DNA of 64,000 nucleotides, from the NCBI GenBank assembly GCA_011109175.1, contig RDEW01000053.1, positions 62,001-126,000 of the forward strand, given 5' to 3'. The notes under the pieces were generated by a model. It was not told the DNA's origin. It did no database searches and was given only the letters and a program-made list of their open reading frames with translations. The position numbers and the translations under genes were made by a program. This stretch comes from Dicyema japonicum (lineage: Eukaryota; Animalia; Dicyemida). This document shows, one piece after another, positions 11,880 through 24,569 of the stretch (position 1 is the stretch's first letter; each line of letters starts with the position of its first letter).

Positions 11880-13070
11880 ATACATGAAGCTACTTTATAA
11901 CGCGAGGCCATGGGGCAAAACCTCAACTCTTTCCACAGAAAACAACTTCGATTTTTTCTGGGAGTCTACTGGCCAAACCGGATAACCAACAACGAGCTAT
12001 ATAGAATTACTCAAACAACAATAATTGGGAATATAGTTACTTCTGCAAAATGGCAGCTTTTTGGACATATCCAAAAGCTTCGGAAATGGCACCGGCAAAT
12101 CAGGCCATGGAATCATATTTTTTTGTATTAAACAAAACAACGTATCGAGGTCGACAAAGAACTCATTTGCATAGGAAGAATACTGAAAACAGCAGAGGAC
12201 CTGGATGATCTGAGGGCGGATGCGAGAAACAGGGGAGGATGGAAACGACTCACAGCGTGTGTCCATAGATTCATGGTAAAAGTGGAATCTCAAATTAGTT
12301 AACTTTTCTGGTTCCACGGATATTACTAATAATAATAATACATGAAGCAAAGCACTCGTTACAAGTTCGAACCAGACCGCATGGCTAAATGGTCTCTATT
12401 AATGAACACTTCGTATACGGATATAGTCGAGATCAAGCGAATGGAACAACGCAGTACGAAAACTAGAGGAAGACCATAAAACTTGGCTCGCTTTTTGGGA
12501 ACTCCAAAGACATTGCGAGAAGGAAATTGTTATTTACGGTGACGATGTAAAAGGTTTTGATAGGATGGACCCAAAGGCGTCCAGTCTGCCCAGCACTCCC
12601 ACTCAGATTGTATGAGGCTTTTGTGAAACCGATCCTTACGTATAACTCTAGAACATGGGGAATATCGACTTTTTTTCATAAGAATCAACTTCGGTTTCTC
12701 TTGGGATTAAAGTGGCCAATGCGTGTAAGGGGTGAAGCATTATACAAAAAATGCTCCTCTGGACCTTTAAGCACCCTGATCATGCAGATGCACTGGAAAC
12801 TGGTAACATTCTAAGAATGGAGCGAGATATGTCAGAAAACATAATCTGGGACATTTGTGAAAAGTTCAGAGGCCGTCCACGTATAACACTTCCCGAAGTC
12901 CTTAATGAAGATTTGAGACCAGTAAACAAAACACTAAAAAACGGTGAAGACCTCAGCAGTCTTTGGAGTCTGGCATCGAATAGGAGAGGGTGGGAGAGAC
13001 TAGTATTTCGGATCACAAAAAGCGGCACAAATGGAATTATAGCTAATATGATTCTATGCTGTTGCTAATA
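11880..13070 (+). mobile_element. Two adjacent RTE-type LINE 3' remnants
   Basis: LNSFHRKQLR..LG..WP.RI.N..LY; RLYEAFVKPILTYNS; FRGRPRITLP; A..R.GW motifs typical of RTE C-termini. Confidence 0.7.
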
Positions 13071-13459
13071 ATAAGACATTCGTGTCAAATATCAGACACT
13101 ACTCGAAAAACTTATAAACTCGCCTGGGGATGAAGAAAAACTTCCTGACATTTGATTCCTCGGAGACACAATTAAAAAGAGTATGTAAACTGAAAAATCT
13201 TAACTACTCTTTAAAGGAGATCGATGGACAATCGGCGGAGGATATATTTGTTTGGATGTCTTTCAGATCATATCTTGTTCTCGTTGCCGGAAATTCCGTA
13301 GCTACAAAGGAGTCGGAGTTAGACATACTGTAAATCATAGAAATCTTGTTTTTATTGGTAGAATGGGGGTGATTGTTCGTGAAGAAAATATTGGAGGAGT
13401 GATCGCTAAGAAACAAATTTTCAATTTGCCTAACAATTCCAGAAGACGGAGATTTCCAT

Positions 13460-14880
13460 GATGAAATTAGTCCCCCACATCACAAGGAGACATTTATTGA
13501 CTTCCTAGTGCATCCCAAAATCATCTTCAAAATTCAAACATTTCGTAATTTGGAAGATTGCCTCGACTCACGAGAAGAAAGAATAGAAACTTTTAAGAAC
13601 TCCCACAGAAGACTACGCAATCTTTAACCACATCGTGGGATATAAGGCCAAAATGTTGAATCGTCAGGAATTCATATTTATTTTGAGTTTAACTTTGGAA
13701 TTTTTTTTCACCTCGAATGTTCAGCAATCATTAGATATTTGAGGATAATCGTGTCTCTGGCTTGAAAAAAATTCATTCCCATGGGCCGCTCTCTACGTCC
13801 TTCGCATTTGAAGCACGCGCTTTCATTCAAAAAGAAATAAACAAAAAATCTAACGACAATCAATGAAAAGATATCAAAACTTAGTAAAGAAGTCATGCGG
13901 AACATCCCAGAACACAACAAAGAACACTGGCAAACCGTGTTGAAAAAAGTACAAAAATAACTCTTCCACCGCATTATGGAAATCGATAAGGAGGCTCAAG
14001 AAGTGCTTTCCAGCTTAATTCGCACGAGAACCAGATCCAAATGAAGTACTACTTGAACATCAAAGACCTGGATCTTCGTTAACTATATAATGAGGATTAT
14101 ATGTCCCAACATAACTATATAGGAGGAATCAGTTGTCAAAAAAAATAAATAACTCGTCGTTCCCAGAATCACACGAACTGAAGCACTTTTGACTTTACGC
14201 AATAACACAAATCTCCAATCTTTCGATAAAAGAAAACAAGATTCCGTTTGAGAAATCCTAGAAACACCATATTCTGAAGAAACACAAGCCACCAAACTTT
14301 ACCTCATCCTTACCGACCGGTATCCATAGCTGATGTTTGAAAAATGGTCGGCGGATGTTGGAAAATCCTCCGTTCTTAATATTTTCATTTTTTTCTACAT
14401 GGACTTTGCGTGGCACTCACTACAATGTACGTAACAAAACTTGACCAATTCATCGCCGACGGTTTAAATACTTCCAACCCACACGGGGAACTGTATTGGT
14501 CTTAGTGGATATCGTGAAGGCTTTCAATTCAGTCTCCCATAAGATCCCTACAGCAAAAAACTTCATGATGTCTATCCTCCAAACTAAATGATTGGTTAAC
14601 TTCCTTAACGGTCGCATGGACCAAGTGGTGGCAAACAGTCAAAATCAAAACCGCGATATCTACTAAATGGAAGGATCATCTTGTTACTAACCTTATTCAA
14701 CCTGTTCCCCGATGAGCCTTCCTCCACAATCACCCAAAATTCAATTCTGCTATCGTATGCTAATGATCTCGTGATTTCAGCGAAACATCAAAGATTCTAG
14801 GCGGTAACAAGGTCCCTAAAAAGACAATAAGCCTGGTGATCATTAGTTTTTGAAGAAGCGCTTAAAGGTTTCACCAGGTG
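13460..14880 (+). mobile_element. Decayed LINE ORF2 remnant
   Basis: TVLVLVDIVKAFNSV, WLVNFLNGR, LLSYANDL (degenerate YADD). Confidence 0.55.
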
Positions 14881-15299
14881 AGGTAAATAGCATTAGAATG
14901 GCGTATACAAAGGATATATCATAAAATCGTAAATTTCCGTCGAATTTTAGGGGGTCGACTTAAACAACGAGTCGACTTATATACCAGGCAAATACGGTAT
15001 AGGTTGTGTACATCCAAGAATGCATTATTATTATCAACCCCAGGCTTACCATTGTAAGCCCAGCACAAACAGTCATAACTAACTAATCCAAGGAAGGAAC
15101 CAAAGGGAGAACATCTGCTTGTGCCGACCAAATCCATCTTCCAATACTTCATTACAGGCTTCCGCTTCCGAAGAGAGGTGAGGAAGTAGGTCCGCCCTTT
15201 TCCATTTTTGTCCCACGTCCTACCGTCGAGGACATCACTTATTCTTTAGCGGAATAGTTTTCATAATGCAATCATCATCAGAGGATTTGGTCAGGAAGA

Positions 15300-15601
15300 T
15301 TTTGAGATTAAGCCGTTGAATATAGCATTTTACACAATTTGACAGATTATTAAATTTATTTTTTTAAACCAAGGATCACAGACAAAATAAAAGGAAATGA
15401 ATGGCTGTCAGATGATCCCGACCTTCTCGGTGTTCCTCCGAGAGCCGACGCACTTCCTGTATGAATGAGACACTTTTCGGAATTTTAAAGATTTCAATCG
15501 GGCTCCCGTACTCTTCACAAGTTTCTCGAATGGAGTTGGTAATAGTGACGAGGAGAACTCATGCAGGACCCTTATGACTGTTTCTTGGAAGACATTGATT
15601 T
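15300..15601 (-). repeat. Inverted copy of 11617-11845
   Basis: Reverse complement matches aaatcaatgtcttccaagaaacagtc...ttcaac...aatctcaaa; this arm has about 75 extra internal bases. Confidence 0.8.
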
Positions 15602-15693
15602 GACCTTGGATTTTTTTGGATATTGACATCTAAAATCAATTAACCACAATTAATTCACTTTTATTCATAAATCGAATTATCCTTGTTAGAAAA

Positions 15694-16250
15694 ATGCATA
15701 TTAAAAGTATGATCAGGACTAGCCAAGAGTACAATGATATTGTTTCATACCTACAATGAAGATCATCAACCATAATTTTACACGAATGCAAAAATTTCGG
15801 TTTTTTAAGAAAGCCAATTTTTTCTTGTTAGAATATTCTAAACTCTTTACAAATGATGTGGCTCATAAACGTGTTATTGCTCAGGACGATATTCAAACTA
15901 TGAACATAGAATGCATGAAACAGCATTTGACCACTCATTATGGAATCAATAAACTAAAAGAATTATGCAACAATTATTAATTCACCATAAAAAGATCCAT
16001 TATGCGTGATGTATGTTCCGAATGCACAGCATGTGCACAAAGCCAACCTTTAAAAGCTCAAATTCCTATGATTTACATTAAAGCAAAGTTACCTCGAGAA
16101 AGATTTCAAATGGACTTGGTGGATTTAAGTCGATGGTCCCAGGCCAATGATGGCTTTAAATATATATTTAATATTAGTGACGTACATTACAAATTTTGTT
16201 TTGTAGAAGCGATCGTTTCAAAAGAAGCAACTGTTTGTAAGGTTAAATAG
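15694..16250 (+). mobile_element. Truncated H2C2/rve integrase (Ginger2/TDD- or KRBA2-like transposase)
   Basis: HLTTHYG...CSECTAC zinc motif, then RERFQMDLVDL and YIFNISDVHYKF; stop and frameshift inside; cut off before the second catalytic Asp region. Confidence 0.75.
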
Positions 16251-18473
16251 ACTCTAATATGAGGTTAAACTCCTATGTTAATAGAGCTCAATAGATGGAA
16301 TTACGATTAATAAATCACCGACGACCATGGAGAAACTAAGCGAAAAAAACAAAAATGGACACCAATGCCAAAAAGAAAGTGCTCGTCCGCAACGAACTTG
16401 TGTAGGCTCAAGGAATCAACACCGAGAAAAGATGAGAGCCTTGATCCAATTCGTCTGGATCACTTAGTTTATTTTTTCGGTTTAACAGTGGTCTTTGGAA
16501 TTTAATTAATTTAATTAAAGGATATGGATGTTTTCAAGGTGGAGGAGAGGGTCAAAGCTTGATGGAATTGTCTCCAGATTCTTCAAAGGCGTCTGGTTGT
16601 CCTCAAAGTAAAGCAGAGGGTCAAAGCTTATATAGAAACGCTATTGTTACGGAAGACTTTGGAGAATAGGGAAGCTGAGGAGAGGCATGGAATATCAATA
16701 CCTGTTGAGGAAGAAGACGGCATGGATTGTCGACGTAAGAAAGTCTCTAATGTGGGGTTGCTGCGACGTGAACACGCCTATATAGGCAATAGAAGTGGCC
16801 CCAAGAAGAGAAGATTGAATTATACTGGCGTTATAAAAGAATTACTTTTACTTATGGTTTATAAAAATAAATAATAATTTTAGGCAATATTTCGCAAAAA
16901 AGTCAAATATTTATTCATCATAAATGCTGCAGCTATAAATATTTTATTGAATCATTATTTCCGTTATAAATTGTCAAGTCATCTGCATTAATTTTGTGAT
17001 CATCCATTATTTTGTTGCCACGTTTATTTTCGAGAATAAAGTCATCCACAGGATTTTTAGAAATTTCTGATCCGTTGGCTTTATTTTCTTCTAACAATTA
17101 ATTATTAAAATACAAAATAAGCTAATTTAAAAATAAAAAAAAATGTCCCAATAATGAAATTTTTTATAATTCTGAATTATTAAAAAATTTTTTTTAAATA
17201 AAAATTTATTAAGGTAATTAAAATTTAAAAATTTTAGAAATAATCCCTTGTTTTTCAAACTACTCAAAAATAAGATATAACACACCATGGGTATGCTTAA
17301 GGTCATGAGGGTGTCGAATGCTATTCATAGAATCTTAGTTTATTTTTTTGCGGGATTAGTTCGCCATTCAAAAATAGTTCGTCGGAATAACTTGATAGTC
17401 TTCTCTTTGACCTAAAAAGAGAAGTCGACGACTTTTCCGTGGACATTGACATTGAATTTGTATTCAAATATTCATGAAGTCTGTAAAGAGTAATTAACAC
17501 TGTTTTTATTAATGGATATGTTGCAGACAGTGTTAGTGCCGTGAGTGATCAGATCCAAACTTTTTAATAACAATCAAAATTAAAATTATTCCATTCTCCA
17601 TTTTAAATTATATAAGAACAGATTGACAATTAGCATGAAGCAATGTGCTTCTTTATTTAATTCGAACAAAAAAGTCAAGCAATTCAATCGAAAGTGAAAT
17701 GGATGGAAACATTACCATTTAAGAAATGGCTAAAAATCCTTGGAATAATCTTCGATACGTTCACATGTTTTGCACGGCATATTTGAAATGTGCACATAAT
17801 ATAAGAAAAAAATCAACTTGTTAAAAAACCTAACCAAGTTAAAGACAATCGATAATCATTTCGCCCCCATTACTTTTTACTCGCAATATAACTATCAATG
17901 CATTTTTATCACTGCGCCATATGACATTGAATGGGATGTCTATTTTGTTTGACTTTAAAATGACAGTCTTCCTTCTTAATCTTTTTTCAGAGGTAAAAAA
18001 TGAAACAAAGTAAAAAATTAATCATATGCGGTTTACCTCTTGTTTAATTAGCGGAATGTTAAATTAATGTTAAATTGCGGAAGCTAATCTGAGATGTTGT
18101 TGATAATGCCTCGATCAATCTATGCTGTTCCTTATTTGATGACTTAATTTTGTAGAATTAATTAGTTCACAGTGGTATTTGTGGAAGCTGGAAAAATGCA
18201 TTTTTAAGCTCAGGAGAATAGAGTCTGTCACTTGACAAATGTCTTGCGAATCCTTTTCAGGATATAGAGTGCAAGAGAACTACAATTGGTTAGTCGGGAT
18301 AATTTTAATAGTAACGTGGTATAAAAATCTGTAGAGCAGAAACAACTTTAGAATTAATAAAAAATTTAGAATGAAAGCAAATTACCCAAAATCAAATTAC
18401 ACGCTTCAAAAATTTTGCTGAATAATATTTGCTATAAAATGAATTTTTAAACGATTTTTGAAATTTGAAGAAA

Positions 18474-19351
18474 ATGAATTTTCTATTTTACACATTATTC
18501 TGTGCTTTCGTTGGTAATTTATTTTTAAACAATTTTAGATAACAGACATTTAAACAGAAGATTCTATGTCTCCACTGTTCTTGATAAAAATTTTGTTTAG
18601 ATTTTATATTTTACATATAGCAAAAAGAATTCGGTTTTGATAAACCCCAAATGAGACAGTACGTTAAAAAATTGTTCGACCAGGCTCAAAAAGTATACAT
18701 TTATCTAATCAGTTTTTTGGAGCGATCAAAATAGAATTAAGTCTTTTAGAAATATACTTCACTGACGATGTTACATCAACTGATCCATACCGTGCTTCTG
18801 TATACGCAAGGAATAAAAGATATTTTCATAAGGCAGATGCACTTTTGTTCTTTGAGTAATTATTCACACTATTTCTCAGAGATGCTTATGTCAAATCGAA
18901 ATCTGGAAAACGTAAAGTGGGAAGAGCATATATGGGAAGTGTCTGCTCATATCAAGCCGTGGCGATTCTGTTTAAAAAATCTTCTGATGAACAGACATCA
19001 TCGGATATAGCTCATGAGTTATTCCACGTGCTTGGATTTAACCACGTCGACCCCCATGAGAGTAATTGCAATTCAAATTGTTTAATGAATCCTTATTACT
19101 ATTACTCTGAGTATAAAAAATTCTTAATTTGAGACATGTATCGAAAAAAACACTCACACGTTACCTAGATTGAATAACAGATTGAGGTGTCTTACATCGA
19201 GTAATGAATTGTTTTAATTTTAGTCAATGTTACTAATAATGTCCCGAGGATGCTGGGACCAAATATGAGTCAAATGGAGCTAATTTCTGGATTTACTCCT
19301 TTCTTCTTTTCCTGGTACGATATGCTAATCATAATTTAGGCTCTTAATTAG
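18474..19351 (+). CDS. Prodomain-less reprolysin (M12B) zinc metalloprotease with signal peptide and predicted GPI signal, copy 1 (8 exons)
   Basis: Introns 18514-18538, 18595-18620, 18693-18712, 18856-18879, 19111-19133, 19201-19223, 19315-19339 (20-26 nt). Spliced: MNFLFYTLFCAFVDNRHLNRRFYVSTVLDKNFQKEF...VGRAYMGSVC...AHELFHVLGFNHVD...CNSNCLMNP...RCL...ESNGANFWIYSFLLFLALN*. Two 1-nt deletions (~19156, ~19243) must be corrected from the paralogues. Confidence 0.85.
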
Positions 19352-19479
19352 AAACTTCTCTAACTATTACTAACCATAATTTAATAAAACTTAACTATTA
19401 AAGACAATTAAAATTTAATTTAAAAAAATTAAAAATAGTATTAAAAAAGACAATTAAAAATTAATTAAAAAGATAGCGA

Positions 19480-20050
19480 AGATATTTTACGTAGGAAAAC
19501 TCTAGCCAATGCTGCGTTAAATAAACTAAGAATCTATGGCTCAATCAAAGAGGTATCGACACGAAAATGAGAATCCTATTATACGACTCATTCATAAAAC
19601 CCGTACTTTTATATAACGCTGGAACTTGGGCGACCTCATCAGCGGATATGGAAAAACTAGACTCGTTCCACAGAGGTCAGCTGAGAAAAATAACGAGAAC
19701 TACTTGGCCTACGAGAATATCGAGGAATGCTTTATATAAGAGATGTAGCACTAGACCTATCAGCTTAGAAGTACTGGAATCCCGATGGAAGCTCTTCAGA
19801 CACGTGCTGAGGATAGAATTAACATCCCCACCGAACATATTTATGGAAACATACTTTGTTAGTCAATAAGGCTGCTATCGTGGAAGACCTAGAACAACAC
19901 TGCCAATAGTCTTACGAAAAGACCTGGTCAATATCAAAAGAAATCTAAAAAATGCCGACGACCTGGACAACATGAGAGCCTTGGCTAGGAACAGGGGAGT
20001 ATGGAAAAGGATGACATCTAACCTTGTTTCTTTTGCTGCACATGCGGGGT
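19480..20050 (+). mobile_element. RTE-type LINE 3' remnant
   Basis: LYDSFIKPVLLYNAGTW, LDSFHRGQLR, RWKLFRHVLR, YRGRPRTTLP. Confidence 0.75.
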
Positions 20051-21469
20051 TAGTCGGTTAGATTTTGGGATTTAAGTGCATTTTCGACCTCTAATGGTAA
20101 GAATGATATATGATCATGACAACATCTTTTTTATCAAACAATGGAAGACTCTTGCATTTTCTCTAGGTAAGTAGCTATTCTGAGCGTAGAACTTCATCAT
20201 TCTCTCGAGTTCCTTTTTTGTGTATTCAGGACTGTTTCTCTTCCCAAGGTTTTCGATCTTCGAAAAAGCGTTTCACATAATTGACAAGGACCTCAGCTTG
20301 TTAAACGCGGAGGTGATTTTTTCCAATCGTCACTTTCTTCTTTATTTCGCTTTCTGCACTCAAATTCGGTTTTACTCTCGTGGCATTTGGATGCTTTTGA
20401 GACGATTACGTTCAAATCTTTTTTGTTTTGTGATTACATGGGAAACTCCGTTATCAAGTGAATTGAAACGTACACCATCGAAATCTGCCAATTTTTGTCC
20501 ACATATTGCGCAAAATTTTCCAATTAACGTTTTTAATCCGGGAAAGTGTTTCGTATTTTATTCAACGATAAGCGTGCCTTTCAGCGGAAGTGGATGGAAA
20601 AATAACCGTTTAAGAAATGGAAAAAAATCCTTGGATAATCTTAGCAGCATATCTCAAATGTGAGAATAAATCCGTCCGTAAAACTTTTTACTCGAATATA
20701 CTTAACCATGCAGTTTTATGAATGCGCCTATGGCATTCAATGATGTCTACTTTGACTTCAAGATGACTGTCTTTCTTCCTAGTCTTATGTCCGATATGAA
20801 AAAAAGATGAAAAAATCAAAAAAATCGAATTTCATATGCGGTTTTACTAATTGACCTCTAGTTTAATTGGTTGGAACGTTAAATTAATAAAATTTAATTA
20901 ATATCCTTTTTTAAACCAAATATTATAAACCAAGTCTACTTTAGTCTTTACAATGATGTCAAGTGGAAATCTTATTTTATTTATTAAGAGCGCAAGTAGG
21001 CGTCTAGATGAGGGCCCGACTTGAACATGTCAGGATTACGGATTATTTAGTTTGGCGTAACCATTTGTCTTTGGAATAATTTGATTCATTTCATTGCCTG
21101 AATAAATAATATGTTCTGAGACCATGTTGACTCAACTAACTGTAACTACGACTATTCGTATGCTGCTTCATCAAACTGCATCATTTATCGAACCCCTACT
21201 TACTAAAGATACAATTCGTGAATTTTGGTGATAATGCATCGTTGCAATGTGCGATGACTAGGACTTCATAAATACGACATTTTGAGCTAAAAATTGACTA
21301 AAAAACATTGACTTTATGAAATTTTATCCAGAAAAAAATTTTAATGTGAAAAAAACTAATCTAAACTTATTAAAATATAGAATAATGTAATTAATGACGT
21401 TTTCAGGTTAAAAACTTTGGTCTTTAGATAATAATTTTAAAATAATAAAAAGCTTTTCTGAATAGATAC

Positions 21470-21900
21470 AAGGATATTTTACAAATAGCAGTATATGCAT
21501 GGAGAAATATATTGTTTTTCCATTTTTAATAAAAAAACTTATTAACAGATTATCTAAATTCCAGATACTTCTTAATTCCGCATAAATCGTTACTGAAATA
21601 CAATTTTTGAATATGCTAGCTCCGTAGTTTATTTAATAGATTACTTCGATTCTGTTTAAAAAATCTTCTAATGAACAGACATCATCGGATATAGCTCATG
21701 AGTTATTCCACGTGCTTGGATTTAACCACGTCGACCCCCATGAGAGTAATTGCAATTCAGATTGTTTAATGAATCCTTATTACTATTACTCTGAGTATAA
21801 AAAATTCTTTATTTGAGACATGTATCGAAAAAAACACTCGACACGTTACCTAGATTGGAAAACAGATTGAGGTGTCTTACATCGAGTAATGAATTGTTAA
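21470..21900 (+). pseudogene. Partial reprolysin copy 2
   Basis: 21647-21898 is almost identical to 18963-19213 (AHELFHVLGFNH, CLMNP, intron 5); a degenerate exon-4-like AVYAW remnant lies at ~21490. No signal or GPI exons are visible. Confidence 0.75.
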
Positions 21901-22438
21901 AATTCCATTTCCACCAAAATTGTTGTTATTTTTTGCAACAATAAAATTTTTACAATAATGTTCAACAATTTCAAGACAATTTCCCTTCTGACCAGAATTA
22001 TTTTGGGTAGATAGCCAATTTCAATAAATTTTTCTGTTTATGGAAAAAATTTATTTGTGTATTCACATACTCTTAGTAAATGCATTTAAAAAACTCAAAA
22101 AAGCTTCGGTCAAGTTACCTTTGGCATAACTTTTCTACGCTGCATAGGAGGAAGTAAAAACGACATCCAATACCCTCAAACAAGTTTTGTAAAATTTACT
22201 GTTCAGGTTATGAAAGGAAAATCATATTCGAGTCAGCATTAGTGACCCCATTGATCGTAGAGTCGGTATGTGGAATGAAAAAATCAGATATTTTTACAGT
22301 AGCACCTGTGAAATGCTAATAAAATTGATAGATCTGTTAGTTTGAAACGTTTATTAGACGAAAGATTCAATAAAAAAACTGTTTTCAGAAATTCGTGGTT
22401 GATAGAAAATTCACCGGAGATTTGTAATAACAGTCTTA

Positions 22439-22753
22439 TAGTGGTTAGGTGTCGGGCTAAAGTGGCTTAGGTTACGGGTTCGAATCTCGCTGCTGTTCAC
22501 TTGGTGGAAGGTTCCACGCATCTACGATGCTAAAAGGGTTTGACGAGTGACGCCGTCATCAGTGGATACTCACTGCGGAACTGGATTGTCTAGAAAAGAC
22601 ACTCACACAAGAAAAAGAAAAAAAAGAAGTGAAGATCATTCCTTGGTTCTACGATTAGTTAAAATTAACTGTTCTTTACTTAAATAAAGTGTGTGTCCTG
22701 CCTATGCGGAGCTATAAATACTATGGCTCTCGTGAAAAGGTTTTATTATTATT
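22439..22753 (+). mobile_element. tRNA-derived SINE, slightly 5' truncated
   Basis: B box ggttcgaatc, body nearly identical to the 43347 copy, (tta)n tail, TSD agtctta at 22432-22438 and 22754-22760. Confidence 0.85.
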
Positions 22754-23301
22754 AGTCTTAACCTTTTCAATGACCTTCCTGATTTGAATGCAGCACAACA
22801 GTTGTTGATGACACGTTATATATTTATTCAAAAAATCCAAAATTAATAAAAAAAACAAAAAATCAATAAAAATTTTGACTTTATTGACCTAAAAAATTAA
22901 ATTTATTTTTGACATTACCAAAAGTTTTGACTTTTTTGACTTTATGACTTTTGATTTATATGGTATTTTTGATTAAAAATCACATTTTTATAAGTTTTAA
23001 ACAATTTTAAGGAACATATGAACAAAAATAGCCCTAGTGATGACATAATATTGTATCATTACTAAATTGCACAGTGGCGTTTGAGGCTGCTGGAAATGGA
23101 TTTTAAACAGCTATGCTCAAGAGAATAGAGTATGTCACCTGTCACGTCCTGCGAATCCTCATCTGTACCTAGAGTGCAAGAGGATAATAACAAGGAGTTG
23201 ATCAAAATCATCGCAGGGGTGGAAGCAATGAAAATTTAAAAAAATTAGTTTTTGGTGCTGGTGCATTATTATATGTTATGTTGTCCAATTAAGTCGAATT
23301 A

Positions 23302-23479
23302 TAGTTCCCCCCCCCAAAACCAGTTATGATACCTCCTAAGTAATTATTGTATTTTTAAGCTATTTTGCTAAAATTAAAAATTAATTGCGCTAAAAATTAT
23401 TAAATCGAGCACTTATAAGAATAATTGCTTAAGGGTACTATAACTGCTTTGGAGGTACTATAACTGATTTGGGGTACTG
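23302..23479. mobile_element. Tc1/mariner-type MITE
   Basis: Imperfect TIRs (tagttcccc...aaaaccagttatgatacctcc vs ggaggtactataactgatttggggtactg) flanked by TA on both sides. Confidence 0.6.
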
Positions 23480-23697
23480 TAATGCAATTGTACCATCTGA
23501 TGTAAAGATAGTTTCCATTTGAATTAAACAGTTTTTTTAATTTCAAAAAACCTTTTACAAGTAACGAGTCATTAAAACATTTTCAGAGTAAAAACTTTAG
23601 AATTAACAAAATTCCAAAAAGTCATTTACACGCTTCAAAATAATGAATAATTTCAACTTATAAAGGAATTTTAAGCGATTTTGGCAATTTTAAGAAA

Positions 23698-24569
23698 ATG
23701 AATTTTATCGTTTACATATTATTTTATGCCTTCGTTGGTAATTTAGTTTTAAACAATTTTAGAAAACAGACAATTAACAATGAGATTCGATGTCGCCAGT
23801 GTTCTTGATAAAAATTTTGTTAGCTTTAATATTTTACACAGCAAAAAGAATTCGACTATGATGTAAACAAAATGAGACAGTACATAAGTAAGTTGTCTGA
23901 GCTGGCGCAAAAAGTATATATTTTGTCACAATTCAGTATTTTGGGGCACTCAAAATACAATTAAGCCTTAAAAAAATATACTTCACTGACGATGCTACAT
24001 CAAATGATATTTACAATCTTTCTCTGTACGCATGGAATAAAAAATATTTTCATGATTCAGACGCAGTTATGTTCTTCGAGTAATTGTTCAGACTTATTCT
24101 CAGAGATACTATCGTCAAAGGATCGGGTGGATACAAGGTAGGAGTAGGATCTTTTGGAACTGTATGCACTCTACATGCAGTGGCAATTATTTCGAGACAT
24201 TACAGTCAGGAGATGCACAAACTATGACTCATGAATTATTCACGTGCTTGGGTTTAACCACGTCGGAGAGAGTGAAAGTAATTGCAATAGTAATTGCATA
24301 ATGAACCCTTATGACCACAAAAATGAGTATAAATTTTTTTAATTTCGAGACATGTCTCAAAAAAAACAATTGACACTGTGACGTCATTGGAACACAAATG
24401 GTGGTGCCTTGCCTGGAGTAATGACTTGTTTTAATTATAGTCAACGTTTATAATAATGTCGCCGACGATGCTGGGACCAATTATGAGTCAAATGGAGCCA
24501 ATCTCTGGATTTACTCCTTTTTTCTTTTTCTGGTACAATTTGCTAATTATAATTTAGGCTCTTAATTAA
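23698..24569 (+). CDS. Prodomain-less reprolysin with predicted GPI signal, copy 3 (8 exons; two frameshifts near the active site)
   Basis: Same seven intron positions as copy 1. MNFIVYILFYAFVENRQL...VGVGSFGTVC...THEL(F)HVLGFNHV...CIMNP...WCL...ESNGANLWIYSFFLFLALN*. Indels at ~24215-24240 may be sequencing error or pseudogenisation. Confidence 0.8.

Noticed and set aside
18168-18277. Conserved block upstream of protease copies 1 and 3 as possible prodomain exons
   Set aside because: It translates as QWRLRLLEMDFK...LSR, an LTR-retrotransposon RNase H remnant duplicated with the unit.
20220-20663. 147-aa ORF (and many similar 60-170 aa ORFs in the track) as real genes
   Set aside because: They are antisense or off-frame readings of decayed LINE/CRE sequence with no recognisable motifs.
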